NCBI GenBank assembly: GCA_963422365.1
Contig: OY729426.1
Coordinates: 1-64,000 of the forward strand
Origin: Nitrospirales bacterium
GTDB taxonomy: Bacteria; Nitrospirota; Nitrospiria; Nitrospirales; UBA8639
DNA length: 64,000 nt
Reading direction: 5' to 3'
Of the stretch, positions 55,558 to 64,000 are shown piece after piece (within the stretch, counting starts at the first letter, position 1; the number at the start of each line of letters is the position of its first letter). The notes beneath the pieces are model-generated. The model had not been told where the DNA came from and did no database searches. It saw only the letters and a list, made by a program, of their open reading frames with translations. The position numbers were made by a program, and so were the translations under genes.

Positions 55558-57501
55558 ATGCTTACCCCTTTCTATATCACCACCCCCATTTATTACGTGA
55601 ACGATGTTCCACACGTCGGCCATGCGTATACCACTATAGCGGCAGATGTTCTTGCACGATGGCATCGCCTGCTTGGGCAAGAGGTCTTTTTTCTGACCGG
55701 CCTCGATGAACACGGCCAAAAAGTCCAGCAGGCCGCGGCAAAAGCCGGGATTGCTCCGCAAGATCATTGCAATCGATTAACGACACAATTTCGAAACCTT
55801 TGGCAGAGACTCACGGTTTCCAACGATGGATTCATTCGCACGACCGACACCGCGCATCAAGTCATTGTCCAACGATTTTTGCAAAAATTGTATGACACGC
55901 AACTGATTTATCGTGCGGAATATACCGGCTGGTATTGCACATTCGATGAACGGTTTTGGACGGAGAAGGATGTCGAGAATGGGGTCTGCCCGGACTGTCA
56001 ACGGCCGGTTGAGCAACTCAGCGAAAGCAATTACTTCTTTCGCATGAGCCAATTTCAACAACGACTGCTGGATCATCTTGATGCCAATCCGACCTTCATT
56101 CGTCCGGAGTCCCGTCGCAACGAAGTGCTAGGGTTTTTACAAAAACCACTGGAAGATCTTTCGATTTCCCGTCCCAAATCCCGCTTGTCGTGGGGCATTG
56201 ACCTGCCCTTTGATCGTGACTATGTGACCTATGTGTGGTTCGACGCGCTGGTGAATTACATCTCGGGGCTGGAATACCTGCCTCCCCAGCCATCGGTTGA
56301 TCGTATTTGGCCGGCAACCGTTCATCTGGTCGGCAAAGATATTCTGACGACCCATGCGGTGTATTGGTCGACCATGCTGATGGCGTTGGAGATTCCTTTA
56401 CCTCACACCATTTTTGCGCATGGGTGGTGGACGGTGGATGGAGAAAAAATGTCCAAAAGTCGGGCCAACGTGCTTGACCCGTATGCCATGATCGACCAAT
56501 TTGGCACGGATGCATTTCGCTACTTTCTTCTCCGCGAAGTTCCCTTTGGCCAGGATGGGGATTTTACCCGTGAATCATTCATCGGACGTATCAATAGCGA
56601 CCTGGCCAATGGCCTAGGCAATTTACTCAGCCGGACAGTCACACTTATTCAGCGATTTTCAGACGGAAAAGTTCCTGAGCCCGTTGCGATAGCGTCAACT
56701 GAGCTAGACACAGAACTTCAATCCACGGCGAAAGCGTTGCTTCACGATCACCTTCCCAAGCACTTGAGTTCAGATCGAATAGAATTCAATCGTGCGCTCG
56801 AAGCTATTTGGGGATTCGTTCAACTCGGCAATCAATACATCGACAAAACCGCCCCTTGGTTTCTGGCCAAAAACCCCGCACACTCGGAACGACTCCATAC
56901 TGTGCTCTTTCATGCTGCAGAAACCCTCCGATTTCTCTGCCTGGCCACGTACCCCTTTATGCCGAATACGGCACACGAAATGGTTCGACAACTGGGGTTG
57001 CCCTATGATTTTTCCCAAGCGCTCCTTCAAAACCCAATCGCCTGGGCCGACGAGGGATCAGGAACCACCGTGGTCAAAGGCAAAGCCTTATTCCCGAGGA
57101 TCGACGCGTCCGTCGCGCAATCCGCTGCAAAGCCTCACCCTGAGGCATCCGATTCTTCCTCGAAAGATGAAGGCAACCTGATCAGCATACAAGACTTTCA
57201 AAAAGTTGAGTTGAAAGTCGCACAAATCCTCACGGCCGAACGCATACCCAAATCAAGCAAACTCCTGAAACTCCAAGTCGACCTTGGCACCGAACAAAGA
57301 CAGATCGTCGCGGGAATCGGGAAAAAATACAGCCCGGAGGACATTACTGGAAAGACCATTGTGGTCGTGGCGAATTTACAGCCGGCGAAACTGATGGGCG
57401 TGGAATCTCAAGGAATGGTCTTAGCAGCGGGGGATCGAGACGTTCAAGGGTTAGTCACGTTGGAGGATAGTGACATTCCTTCAGGCACGACGGTTCAATA
57501 A
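55558..57501 (+). CDS. metG: Methionine--tRNA ligase with C-terminal tRNA-binding domain
   Basis: FYITTPIYYVNDVPHVGH, KMSKS, YVWFDAL and C-terminal KLMGVESQGMVL. Confidence 0.98.
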   Translation: MLTPFYITTPIYYVNDVPHVGHAYTTIAADVLARWHRLLGQEVFFLTGLDEHGQKVQQAAAKAGIAPQDHCNRLTTQFRNLWQRLTVSNDGFIRTTDTAHQVIVQRFLQKLYDTQLIYRAEYTGWYCTFDERFWTEKDVENGVCPDCQRPVEQLSESNYFFRMSQFQQRLLDHLDANPTFIRPESRRNEVLGFLQKPLEDLSISRPKSRLSWGIDLPFDRDYVTYVWFDALVNYISGLEYLPPQPSVDRIWPATVHLVGKDILTTHAVYWSTMLMALEIPLPHTIFAHGWWTVDGEKMSKSRANVLDPYAMIDQFGTDAFRYFLLREVPFGQDGDFTRESFIGRINSDLANGLGNLLSRTVTLIQRFSDGKVPEPVAIASTELDTELQSTAKALLHDHLPKHLSSDRIEFNRALEAIWGFVQLGNQYIDKTAPWFLAKNPAHSERLHTVLFHAAETLRFLCLATYPFMPNTAHEMVRQLGLPYDFSQALLQNPIAWADEGSGTTVVKGKALFPRIDASVAQSAAKPHPEASDSSSKDEGNLISIQDFQKVELKVAQILTAERIPKSSKLLKLQVDLGTEQRQIVAGIGKKYSPEDITGKTIVVVANLQPAKLMGVESQGMVLAAGDRDVQGLVTLEDSDIPSGTTVQ

Positions 57502-57541
57502 TCATCAAACCGTCGACGCTCCAAGAGGAAACAATTCTATC

Positions 57542-57712
57542 ATGAAGAGCTCGAAAGGATTTCCTGTTTGGTTGACCAGCTTGCCAAGCACAGGGAAAAG
57601 CACGCTCGCCAAACTTCCAGAGACCAATCTCAGCGCAACTACAGGAGTCCCTGCAGGTATTGTCTTGGACTCCTGTCCCTACAGGCCGCGGGCTACGAGG
57701 TCGTGGAGGTGA
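57542..57712 (+). pseudogene. Degenerate N-terminal remnant of adenylyl-sulfate kinase (CysC-like)
   Basis: MKSSKGFPVWLTSLPSTGKSTLA..IVLDS resembles the CysC GxxxWLTGLxxxGKSTLA..LDGD start. No downstream domain follows. Confidence 0.55.
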
Positions 57713-58644
57713 ACTATCCCGACGACTTCTTTTTGACGATTCAAGACCGGCAACACTGAAATCGGTTTCGCTCGTTTTTCCATTTTTTCCAAGGCCGAGT
57801 ACGCATTTTCATCCTCAAGCACACACTCCGGAGTCGCATTCATGATTTCCTGAATCGTCAACCCGAACAAGTCTTTTTGTGTCTCCAACACTCGACGAAT
57901 ATCATAATCCGTCACCAAGCCCAGCAACCGTTGTTCATCATCAATGATAGAGACGGCTCCTGCCCGTTGTCGTGTCATCTCCATCAACATGAACCGCACG
58001 TCTCTTGCTCCATGCACGACCGGATTGGCCTCACCGGATCGCATGAGATCACCAACCGTCAGCAGCAACCGCTTCCCCAGTTGTCCTCCAGGATGATTGA
58101 TGGCAAAATCATCGGGTTGAAAATTGCGTAATTTCATGAGCGCCATGGCCAAGGCGTCGCCAACGACTAACGCCGCCGTCGTGCTGCACGTCGGTGCCAT
58201 ATTGAGCGGACACGCTTCTTCCTCTATCGGCGTATGCAGGATCAAATCGGAATGCCGGGCCATAGTCGAATTCGGTTGGGCGGTCATCGAAATGACCTTG
58301 GCGCCGACTTTTCTGGCGACGGGGAGAATCCCGAGTACTTCATCACTCTCACCCGATTTCCCGATGGCCAGCACAATGTCTTCTTTCTTGATGATCCCGA
58401 CGTCGCCGTGCATCCCATCGGCACTGTGCAGGAACAATGCCGGCGTGCCCGTCGAGACCATCGTTGCCGCAATTTTCTGCGCAATGATGCCGGATTTTCC
58501 AATACCCGTGACCACGACTTTCCCTTGACAGTCGAATATCCATCGCACGGCCTCTTCGTACGTCACGCCCAAGGTCGGCTTGAGCGCATTGATCATCCGG
58601 CCTTCCAGATCAATCACTCGCTGAATTTCAGCTAGGATGTCCAT
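57679..58644 (-). CDS. kdsD: KpsF/GutQ arabinose-5-phosphate isomerase (SIS + CBS)
   Basis: VVTGIGKSG, STGTPALFLH..HGDVG, EACPLNMAPTCST, HPGGQLG and CBS pair. Confidence 0.93.
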   Translation of the reverse strand: MDILAEIQRVIDLEGRMINALKPTLGVTYEEAVRWIFDCQGKVVVTGIGKSGIIAQKIAATMVSTGTPALFLHSADGMHGDVGIIKKEDIVLAIGKSGESDEVLGILPVARKVGAKVISMTAQPNSTMARHSDLILHTPIEEEACPLNMAPTCSTTAALVVGDALAMALMKLRNFQPDDFAINHPGGQLGKRLLLTVGDLMRSGEANPVVHGARDVRFMLMEMTRQRAGAVSIIDDEQRLLGLVTDYDIRRVLETQKDLFGLTIQEIMNATPECVLEDENAYSALEKMEKRAKPISVLPVLNRQKEVVGIVHLHDLVARGL

Positions 58645-58818
58645 GAGATCTCTCGAAGGAAAGAATGATTGAAATTGTGCCTTCTCGATGGGGAACAGGA
58701 AAGTACTTTAAGCAGAGTCACTGAGTCAGAGTCAACGTTGCTTAGGCTGTTAAGACTAAGTTTTTATACGTTTTGTCCGATTCGGCTGATCTTGACGCCT
58801 GGAGGACAATCATCCACC

Positions 58819-59571
58819 ATGCCGTCGAACATGCGGAACACCAACAGACCCTCTCGTTCCCTCCGGGAACAAACTCAACACGTGCTCAGAGAAGTATTTT
58901 CCAAGCTGGACTATGCCGCTCTTGGCGCAATTTATTGCGAGGAAGGCGGCGAGGCATTCTGGAACGCACACCGGAAACAATGCCAAACGATGGGGATCAA
59001 GATCGCCGAGGCGCTCAAACAGCAACTCTCCCCACGCGGAAGAAGCCTCTACGTGGGCACGGGGGTGGCCGAAATTCCCATGCTGGTGATGGAAGCCCTT
59101 GAAATGAATCGGACCGTCGAAGCCTGTACCCTCCGAGAACAAGAAGTGAATATTCTCAATCAAGCGTGCCATGCCCTGCCCTTCACCATTCAAGCGACCG
59201 ATGCTCAAACGATCCAGGGCACGTTTAACCACCTTTGGATGGCCAGTGTGCTCAATGATCCTGAATGTTTTCCGGAAACCTCGGCGTTCTCGTATGGGCG
59301 AACGGATCCTGTGCGATTCGACCCCTCGGCGTTTCAACGAGAAAAAACACACATCCAGGGTCTCTTGGATGCGTGTTTACCCAAACTCTTACGTCCTGGG
59401 CTTCTCTCAACCTCGGTAGAAGAAGTCACGTGGATGACCGATTGGCTCACCCGTCATCAGATCCCGTTTGACGTCGAAGCAAAACTCTATCCTACGGCTA
59501 TCGTTGGCGATCCTCTTTGCTTCATCCACATCGAGCCATCCCAACAACGTCTGTGTTCACTCGTTCGTTGA
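58819..59571 (+). CDS. Hypothetical protein, possibly SAM-binding fold
   Basis: 250-aa ORF with GGAGGA upstream and a glycine loop SLYVGTGVAE. Function uncertain. Confidence 0.7.
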   Translation: MPSNMRNTNRPSRSLREQTQHVLREVFSKLDYAALGAIYCEEGGEAFWNAHRKQCQTMGIKIAEALKQQLSPRGRSLYVGTGVAEIPMLVMEALEMNRTVEACTLREQEVNILNQACHALPFTIQATDAQTIQGTFNHLWMASVLNDPECFPETSAFSYGRTDPVRFDPSAFQREKTHIQGLLDACLPKLLRPGLLSTSVEEVTWMTDWLTRHQIPFDVEAKLYPTAIVGDPLCFIHIEPSQQRLCSLVR

Positions 59572-59700
59572 CAGAATAAGGGGCGGTCTACCTTCTCTTT
59601 TTGTTGTAGCGGCGACATCTCATGCGCTTTCCGTTGGCGGCATACGATGCGGCCCTGCACATGGACTAGACTCCCGATGACAAACATCGGGAATGACCGG
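59555..59700. repeat. Dispersed repeat related to 55257-55342, followed by a hairpin
   Basis: gttcactcgttcgttgacagaata...ttctcttt...gcgctttcc, then tcccgatg-acaaa-catcggga-atgac at 59672-59697. Confidence 0.6.
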
Positions 59701-59755
59701 TTCAAGGTTTCGTTAACTATTTTCATACCAATGCCAGCAGGCCTTCCCGCCTTTC

Positions 59756-60394
59756 TCAAGGGTTTTGGCGAACGCCCGGCATAGAGGCACGTTGTGCGGC
59801 AAACACCGAATGAACCTGCCGTCCTTGCTTGAGAAGCTGATCCTTCGTTTTTGTAAAAATCTGCTCAACGAGTTTCCAATCCGTCGTTGTGACGTTATAG
59901 CCGTGAAACACCTCTGCCAAAGGCGGTTCCACGGCCATCGACCGTTGTACGGAATAGTCTACTAGCGCTTCAAGCGTCTCTGAGGTCCAACCCGTCGAGG
60001 GAAAAGCCTTCGTCAACACAGCCACCTTCTTTGCGTCGAATTTCTCAGACAATGCGGATGAGAAAAATTCCTGCACGGCGGGATGAGGACTTGTGAGAAA
60101 CACTGACTGAGACTGGATCAGGGCATGGATGAGTTGATTGGCTTCAGGACTGGACTCCGGCGGCAACACACCAGCCTCATGAAAGGTGGCCAAGATCGCC
60201 ATGACCGATACAATATGAGAAGCTGGCGTCCGTCCGGACTGAATCGGGTGAGTTTCCCAGGCCGCAGGAGACATGTCCTGGGCCTTGACCGGAGATGCGG
60301 CCCTGCACGGTAAACAAGAAAGCAGCAAAATGATGGGGCACAGCCAAACAAGTCTTTGAGGTTTTTGGGGTCGATTATTTTTTCGAGTTGTCAT
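59756..60394 (-). CDS. Exported hypothetical protein
   Basis: Basic N-terminus plus hydrophobic LVWLCPIILLLSCLP. ATG 60394 has GAGAGG upstream. Confidence 0.65.
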   Translation of the reverse strand: MTTRKNNRPQKPQRLVWLCPIILLLSCLPCRAASPVKAQDMSPAAWETHPIQSGRTPASHIVSVMAILATFHEAGVLPPESSPEANQLIHALIQSQSVFLTSPHPAVQEFFSSALSEKFDAKKVAVLTKAFPSTGWTSETLEALVDYSVQRSMAVEPPLAEVFHGYNVTTTDWKLVEQIFTKTKDQLLKQGRQVHSVFAAQRASMPGVRQNP

Positions 60395-60506
60395 CACGGA
60401 CCTCTCAAACGCGTTGAAATAAACCGCTGCGTTGAAAACCCTCAAAACCCACCACTATAATCGCCGTACGCTCAACCTTTTGTTCAACCACCCCCACGAG
60501 GCATCC

Positions 60507-62033
60507 GTGCTCGCAAAAGTCTTTAGTGCCGGACTGCTCGGATTAGACGCCCATTTGATTGAGGTCGAAGTTGATATCGGTGGCGGTCTTCCTCAATTTT
60601 CCATCGTCGGCCTGCCTGATGCAACCGTACGGGAAAGCCGGGACCGAATCCGAGCGGCCCTTAAAAATACCGGGTTTTCCTTTCCCCCCAAAAAAATCAC
60701 GGTCAACCTAGCTCCCGCCGGCTTGAAAAAAGAGGGGGCAGGGCTCGAATTGAGCATGGCAATCGGCATATTGGTCGCCGAAGGCATCATTGCCCAAGAA
60801 ACGGCTCAGCCCTATGTGTTGGTGGGTGAACTGTCCTTGGATGGCCGAATCAAGCCTATCAGAGGGGGATTATCCATCGGTATGTTATGTCAAAACCAAC
60901 ATCCTTTAATGCTTCCGGCCGAGAATGCTCGTGAGGCTGCGGTTATTGACCATGTCGAAGTGTATGGTGTCCATACGCTTCCCGAAGTCGTGGAAGCCTT
61001 AAATGGAAAGCAGCCTCTGGCACCTGTGACTCTAGACCCTCAATCGTTTTTCCACGCATCCACGAAGCTCGAAGACGATTTCGCAGAAGTTCGTGGCCAG
61101 TTTCACGCCAAACGCGCGTTAGAAATCGCCGCAGCCGGCGGACACAACGTCCTTCTGATCGGACCACCCGGGTCAGGGAAGACCATGTTGGCCCAACGTC
61201 TTCCTGGAATCTTGCCTCACCTCAGCGTGCAAGAAGCCCTGGAAACCACCCGGGTCCATAGTGTGGCGGGCACCCTGCCAAAAGACCAATCGCTCATGAC
61301 GACCAGACCCTTTCGAGCCCCACATCATAATATCTCGGAAGCTGGCCTCATCGGAGGCGGCACCATTCCTAAACCCGGCGAAGTGTCGTTAGCGCATAAC
61401 GGCGTGTTATTTCTGGACGAACTTTTGGAATTTACGCGATCGGTCCTGGATGGATTACGACAACCGCTTGAAGAGGGCACCGTGACGGTCACACGGGTCA
61501 ATGCGTCGCTTCAATATCCGGCGCGATTCATGTTGGTCGTCGCCATGAACCCTTGCCCGTGCGGGCATTATGGTGACCGAACACGGGAATGTATCTGTAG
61601 CCCTCAGCAAATCCGACGGTATCGGGGTCGGCTTTCAGGCCCACTCCGCGATCGGCTCGACATTCACATGGAAGTCCCTGCGGTTCCTGTTTCGGACCTG
61701 GGGCACAATCAATTGGCTGAACGTTCAGCCTCCATTCAGAAACGCGTGGCCGATGCCCGTCATATCCAGACCAATCGGTATAAACCCGATCAGCTGTTTG
61801 CCAATGCCCAACTCAAACCCAGACATATGCGAACCTATTGTCGGATCGACCAAACCAGCAAGAACCTGTTGGATGAATCCGTTATACAATTAGGTCTCTC
61901 GGCAAGAGCCTATGGGCGAATACTTCGTGTTGCACGAACGATTGCAGATTTGGCAGACTCAGAGGCTATCGAATCGTCGCATCTCGCCGAGGCCATCCAA
62001 TATCGGAACTTGGACCGGACGCCCATTTTCTAG
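60507..62033 (+). CDS. comM: YifB/ComM Mg-chelatase-like AAA+ ATPase
   Basis: IVGLPDATVRESRDR, ITVNLAPA, GELSLDG, GPPGSGKTMLA, RPFRAPHH, PGEVSLAHNGVLFLDE and AMNPCPCG motifs. Confidence 0.93.
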   Translation: MLAKVFSAGLLGLDAHLIEVEVDIGGGLPQFSIVGLPDATVRESRDRIRAALKNTGFSFPPKKITVNLAPAGLKKEGAGLELSMAIGILVAEGIIAQETAQPYVLVGELSLDGRIKPIRGGLSIGMLCQNQHPLMLPAENAREAAVIDHVEVYGVHTLPEVVEALNGKQPLAPVTLDPQSFFHASTKLEDDFAEVRGQFHAKRALEIAAAGGHNVLLIGPPGSGKTMLAQRLPGILPHLSVQEALETTRVHSVAGTLPKDQSLMTTRPFRAPHHNISEAGLIGGGTIPKPGEVSLAHNGVLFLDELLEFTRSVLDGLRQPLEEGTVTVTRVNASLQYPARFMLVVAMNPCPCGHYGDRTRECICSPQQIRRYRGRLSGPLRDRLDIHMEVPAVPVSDLGHNQLAERSASIQKRVADARHIQTNRYKPDQLFANAQLKPRHMRTYCRIDQTSKNLLDESVIQLGLSARAYGRILRVARTIADLADSEAIESSHLAEAIQYRNLDRTPIF

Positions 62034-62045
62034 CAAGGACTTGAA

Positions 62046-62264
62046 ATGAGGTCATTACGAATTTTCGGCTGGTGGTTCATGCTGGGTTCCCTTATGTCTC
62101 TCGCCGTGATCCTTATCCAAGGAGGGATTCGGGACATCATGCTGGCCGATGCCTCAATCTGGGATAGCACCATGATTGAATTGCTGACCCCTGTCCTTGG
62201 GGGTGGGATTCTAGGCGGATGTATTGCCCTGATTCTCAATCGTCTTCGACAACCCGATCAATAA
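62046..62264 (+). CDS. Small two-TM membrane protein
   Basis: 72 aa with an AAGGA RBS and two hydrophobic segments. Confidence 0.65.
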   Translation: MRSLRIFGWWFMLGSLMSLAVILIQGGIRDIMLADASIWDSTMIELLTPVLGGGILGGCIALILNRLRQPDQ

Positions 62265-62289
62265 TCAACCACAAAAGTTAGAATAAGAC

Positions 62290-62715
62290 ATGGACATTCA
62301 AATTGGACCTCATCTGTACCGCAACAGCAACGGAATGATTGAAATCGAAGGTGTTCTGCAGATCGAAATTGAGCCGCGCGCCTCAGGCGGATTCCCAAAA
62401 GTCCATTTTGCTCTGTTTGATATGACGGGTAAAATGCCGGCAAAACTTACCAATAGCACGTTGACGATTAATGAAGGCCGAGCCTATTGCCTGGAAAAAA
62501 GCCCCACGAGTTTGGTGATGCGGCATCAAGAGAGCGGGACGGAAATCTTTCACATGGCCCTTCAGGAGCATGGCCGGCTTGTGATCTCAAACGGCGAGTT
62601 TTATACCTTGAAAGGACACACCATCACGATTACTCCCTCGGAATGGACCCTCGAAAAAACCACGATGAGGGACGGTGAAACCGACCTCGAAGGAAAAGCT
62701 GTTCCTTTGGAATAG
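62290..62715 (+). CDS. Hypothetical protein (beta-rich)
   Basis: 141-aa ORF, co-oriented and closely spaced with the upstream genes. Confidence 0.7.
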   Translation: MDIQIGPHLYRNSNGMIEIEGVLQIEIEPRASGGFPKVHFALFDMTGKMPAKLTNSTLTINEGRAYCLEKSPTSLVMRHQESGTEIFHMALQEHGRLVISNGEFYTLKGHTITITPSEWTLEKTTMRDGETDLEGKAVPLE

Positions 62716-62746
62716 CGTGCCGTATCGCGGGCAATCGTACGGCTAC

Positions 62747-62953
62747 TCAAATCTCCGCAACAGGAGCCCTTTTCGACCCATCACAGTTCACACACATTTG
62801 ACCATGAATCGCTTCACTGGCTATAGCCGGCCCCAGGGCAAATTTCTGGTCCAAGGCGACGACATCCGCGCCTTGATACGTCCAGAGCCGCTTACAGCCA
62901 GGACAAACAAACCAAAGCGTATACCCTGGCCAATCTCGGTCACGTGTTCCCAT
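62747..62953 (-). CDS. Small CxxC...CxxC putative zinc-binding protein
   Basis: CPGC and CVNC motifs. It lies in a run of minus-strand genes. Start uncertain. Confidence 0.55.
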   Translation of the reverse strand: MGTRDRDWPGYTLWFVCPGCKRLWTYQGADVVALDQKFALGPAIASEAIHGQMCVNCDGSKRAPVAEI

Positions 62954-63010
62954 AACAACTTTTCTGAAGAGCCATGAAATTTTTCTCCTCAGGACACAGT
63001 GAAAATGACG

Positions 63011-63238
63011 CTACGCCTCTTCCTCAGACACTTCCCTGATACGATACGCTAAAGAACCCAGCCACTCATCGAACGCCACGTCTGCATCAACGACAATTTC
63101 CAACTTGCCGTTTGATAATTTTCGCACAATCCCCGGAGACTCGGCCCCTAATGGAATTTCCACCCACTCGCGAGAAATTCCCAACCCGTCCGTTAATTCC
63201 AGGATTTGAGTAATTTGTGAAAAAGAAACGGCTTTCAT
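63011..63238 (-). CDS. Small acidic hypothetical protein
   Basis: 75 aa with a GAGGA RBS, directly after ltaE. Confidence 0.7.
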   Translation of the reverse strand: MKAVSFSQITQILELTDGLGISREWVEIPLGAESPGIVRKLSNGKLEIVVDADVAFDEWLGSLAYRIREVSEEEA

Positions 63239-63255
63239 CAGATGCGATACAATCC

Positions 63256-64000
63256 TCAGGTTGCCAACACGTTACCGATATTGTGCGTCGCCTGTTCAAC
63301 ATCCGTATTCGATACATTCAAATGTGTGACCGCACGAAACAGATGAGCGCCGATGGCATTCAATAACACCCCACCTTCTTTAAACGCTTGCACTAATTCT
63401 TGAGTCGAGCGATCGTTTCGAACGACCTCAAACAGGACGATATTGGTCTCGACGCGGTCAGGGTCCACATACACCGTTGGAATCTGTTGAAGCTGCAGCG
63501 CGAAACTTTTGGCATTATCGTGGTCTTCTTGAAGCCGGGTCATATGGTGCTCTAAGGCGTAGAGGCCTGCGGCAGCGAGAATACCGGCTTGCCGCATACC
63601 CCCACCAAACATTTTTCGCAGCCGTCGAAGCTTGGCAATCTTGTCTTTGGTTGATACGATCAATGACCCGACAGGAGCCCCCAACCCCTTCGACAAACAG
63701 AATGACACGGTATCGAACGGCTTCGCAAACTCGGCGGCAGCGACCCCGGAGGCCACCACCGCGTTGAATAATCGTGCGCCGTCCAAATGCAACGCAAGGC
63801 CTTGCTCTCCCGCCAACTTTGTGATCTCTCGGACCGTGGACAGAGGATAGACCGAGCCCCCTCCAAAATTATGCGTTTGTTCTAGGCACAATAAGGTCGT
63901 CGGTGGATTATGAACATCTTGAGGCCGAATTGCCGACAGAATACCCTCCGCCGTCAGCAGGCCACGATCCCCCTCGACACAGCATAATTGAACTTGCGAC
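63256..64000 (-). CDS. ltaE: Low-specificity L-threonine aldolase, 3' part
   Basis: LEQTHNFGGG, HLDGARLFNA, CLSKGLGAPVGS and GGGMRQAG motifs. The 5' end is outside the window. Confidence 0.93.
   Translation of the reverse strand, partial: SQVQLCCVEGDRGLLTAEGILSAIRPQDVHNPPTTLLCLEQTHNFGGGSVYPLSTVREITKLAGEQGLALHLDGARLFNAVVASGVAAAEFAKPFDTVSFCLSKGLGAPVGSLIVSTKDKIAKLRRLRKMFGGGMRQAGILAAAGLYALEHHMTRLQEDHDNAKSFALQLQQIPTVYVDPDRVETNIVLFEVVRNDRSTQELVQAFKEGGVLLNAIGAHLFRAVTHLNVSNTDVEQATHNIGNVLAT

Overview
Bacterial chromosomal window. Gene content and order suggest Nitrospirota, but this is inference only. Left arm (1-9.3 kb): the end of a polyprenyl synthetase, then a six-gene minus-strand cluster consistent with 2-aminoethylphosphonate head-group lipid synthesis with no pepM in the window. 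It continues with frameshifted queF and aspartyl protease genes, a DegT aminotransferase, a Nudix hydrolase and yqaA. Centre (9.2-47.6 kb): a tandem duplication of a three-gene two-partner secretion cassette, tpsB - giant tpsA - exported 232-aa protein. The two TpsA proteins (4659 aa and about 6216 aa) are built from 35 and 51 copies of a ~101-aa acidic repeat. Both tpsB genes carry a long poly-C tract just after the signal peptide, and both read OFF as written. Copy 1 also has a poly-C tract between the -35 and -10 boxes of its promoter. The tpsA genes show within-gene concerted evolution and recent repeat expansions. Together this looks like a multi-layer variable surface-filament system. 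Right arm (47.9-64 kb): mostly housekeeping genes (glmS, glmU, tmk, holB, metG, kdsD, comM/yifB, partial ltaE), hypothetical proteins, a cysC remnant and a small family of intergenic palindromic repeats.
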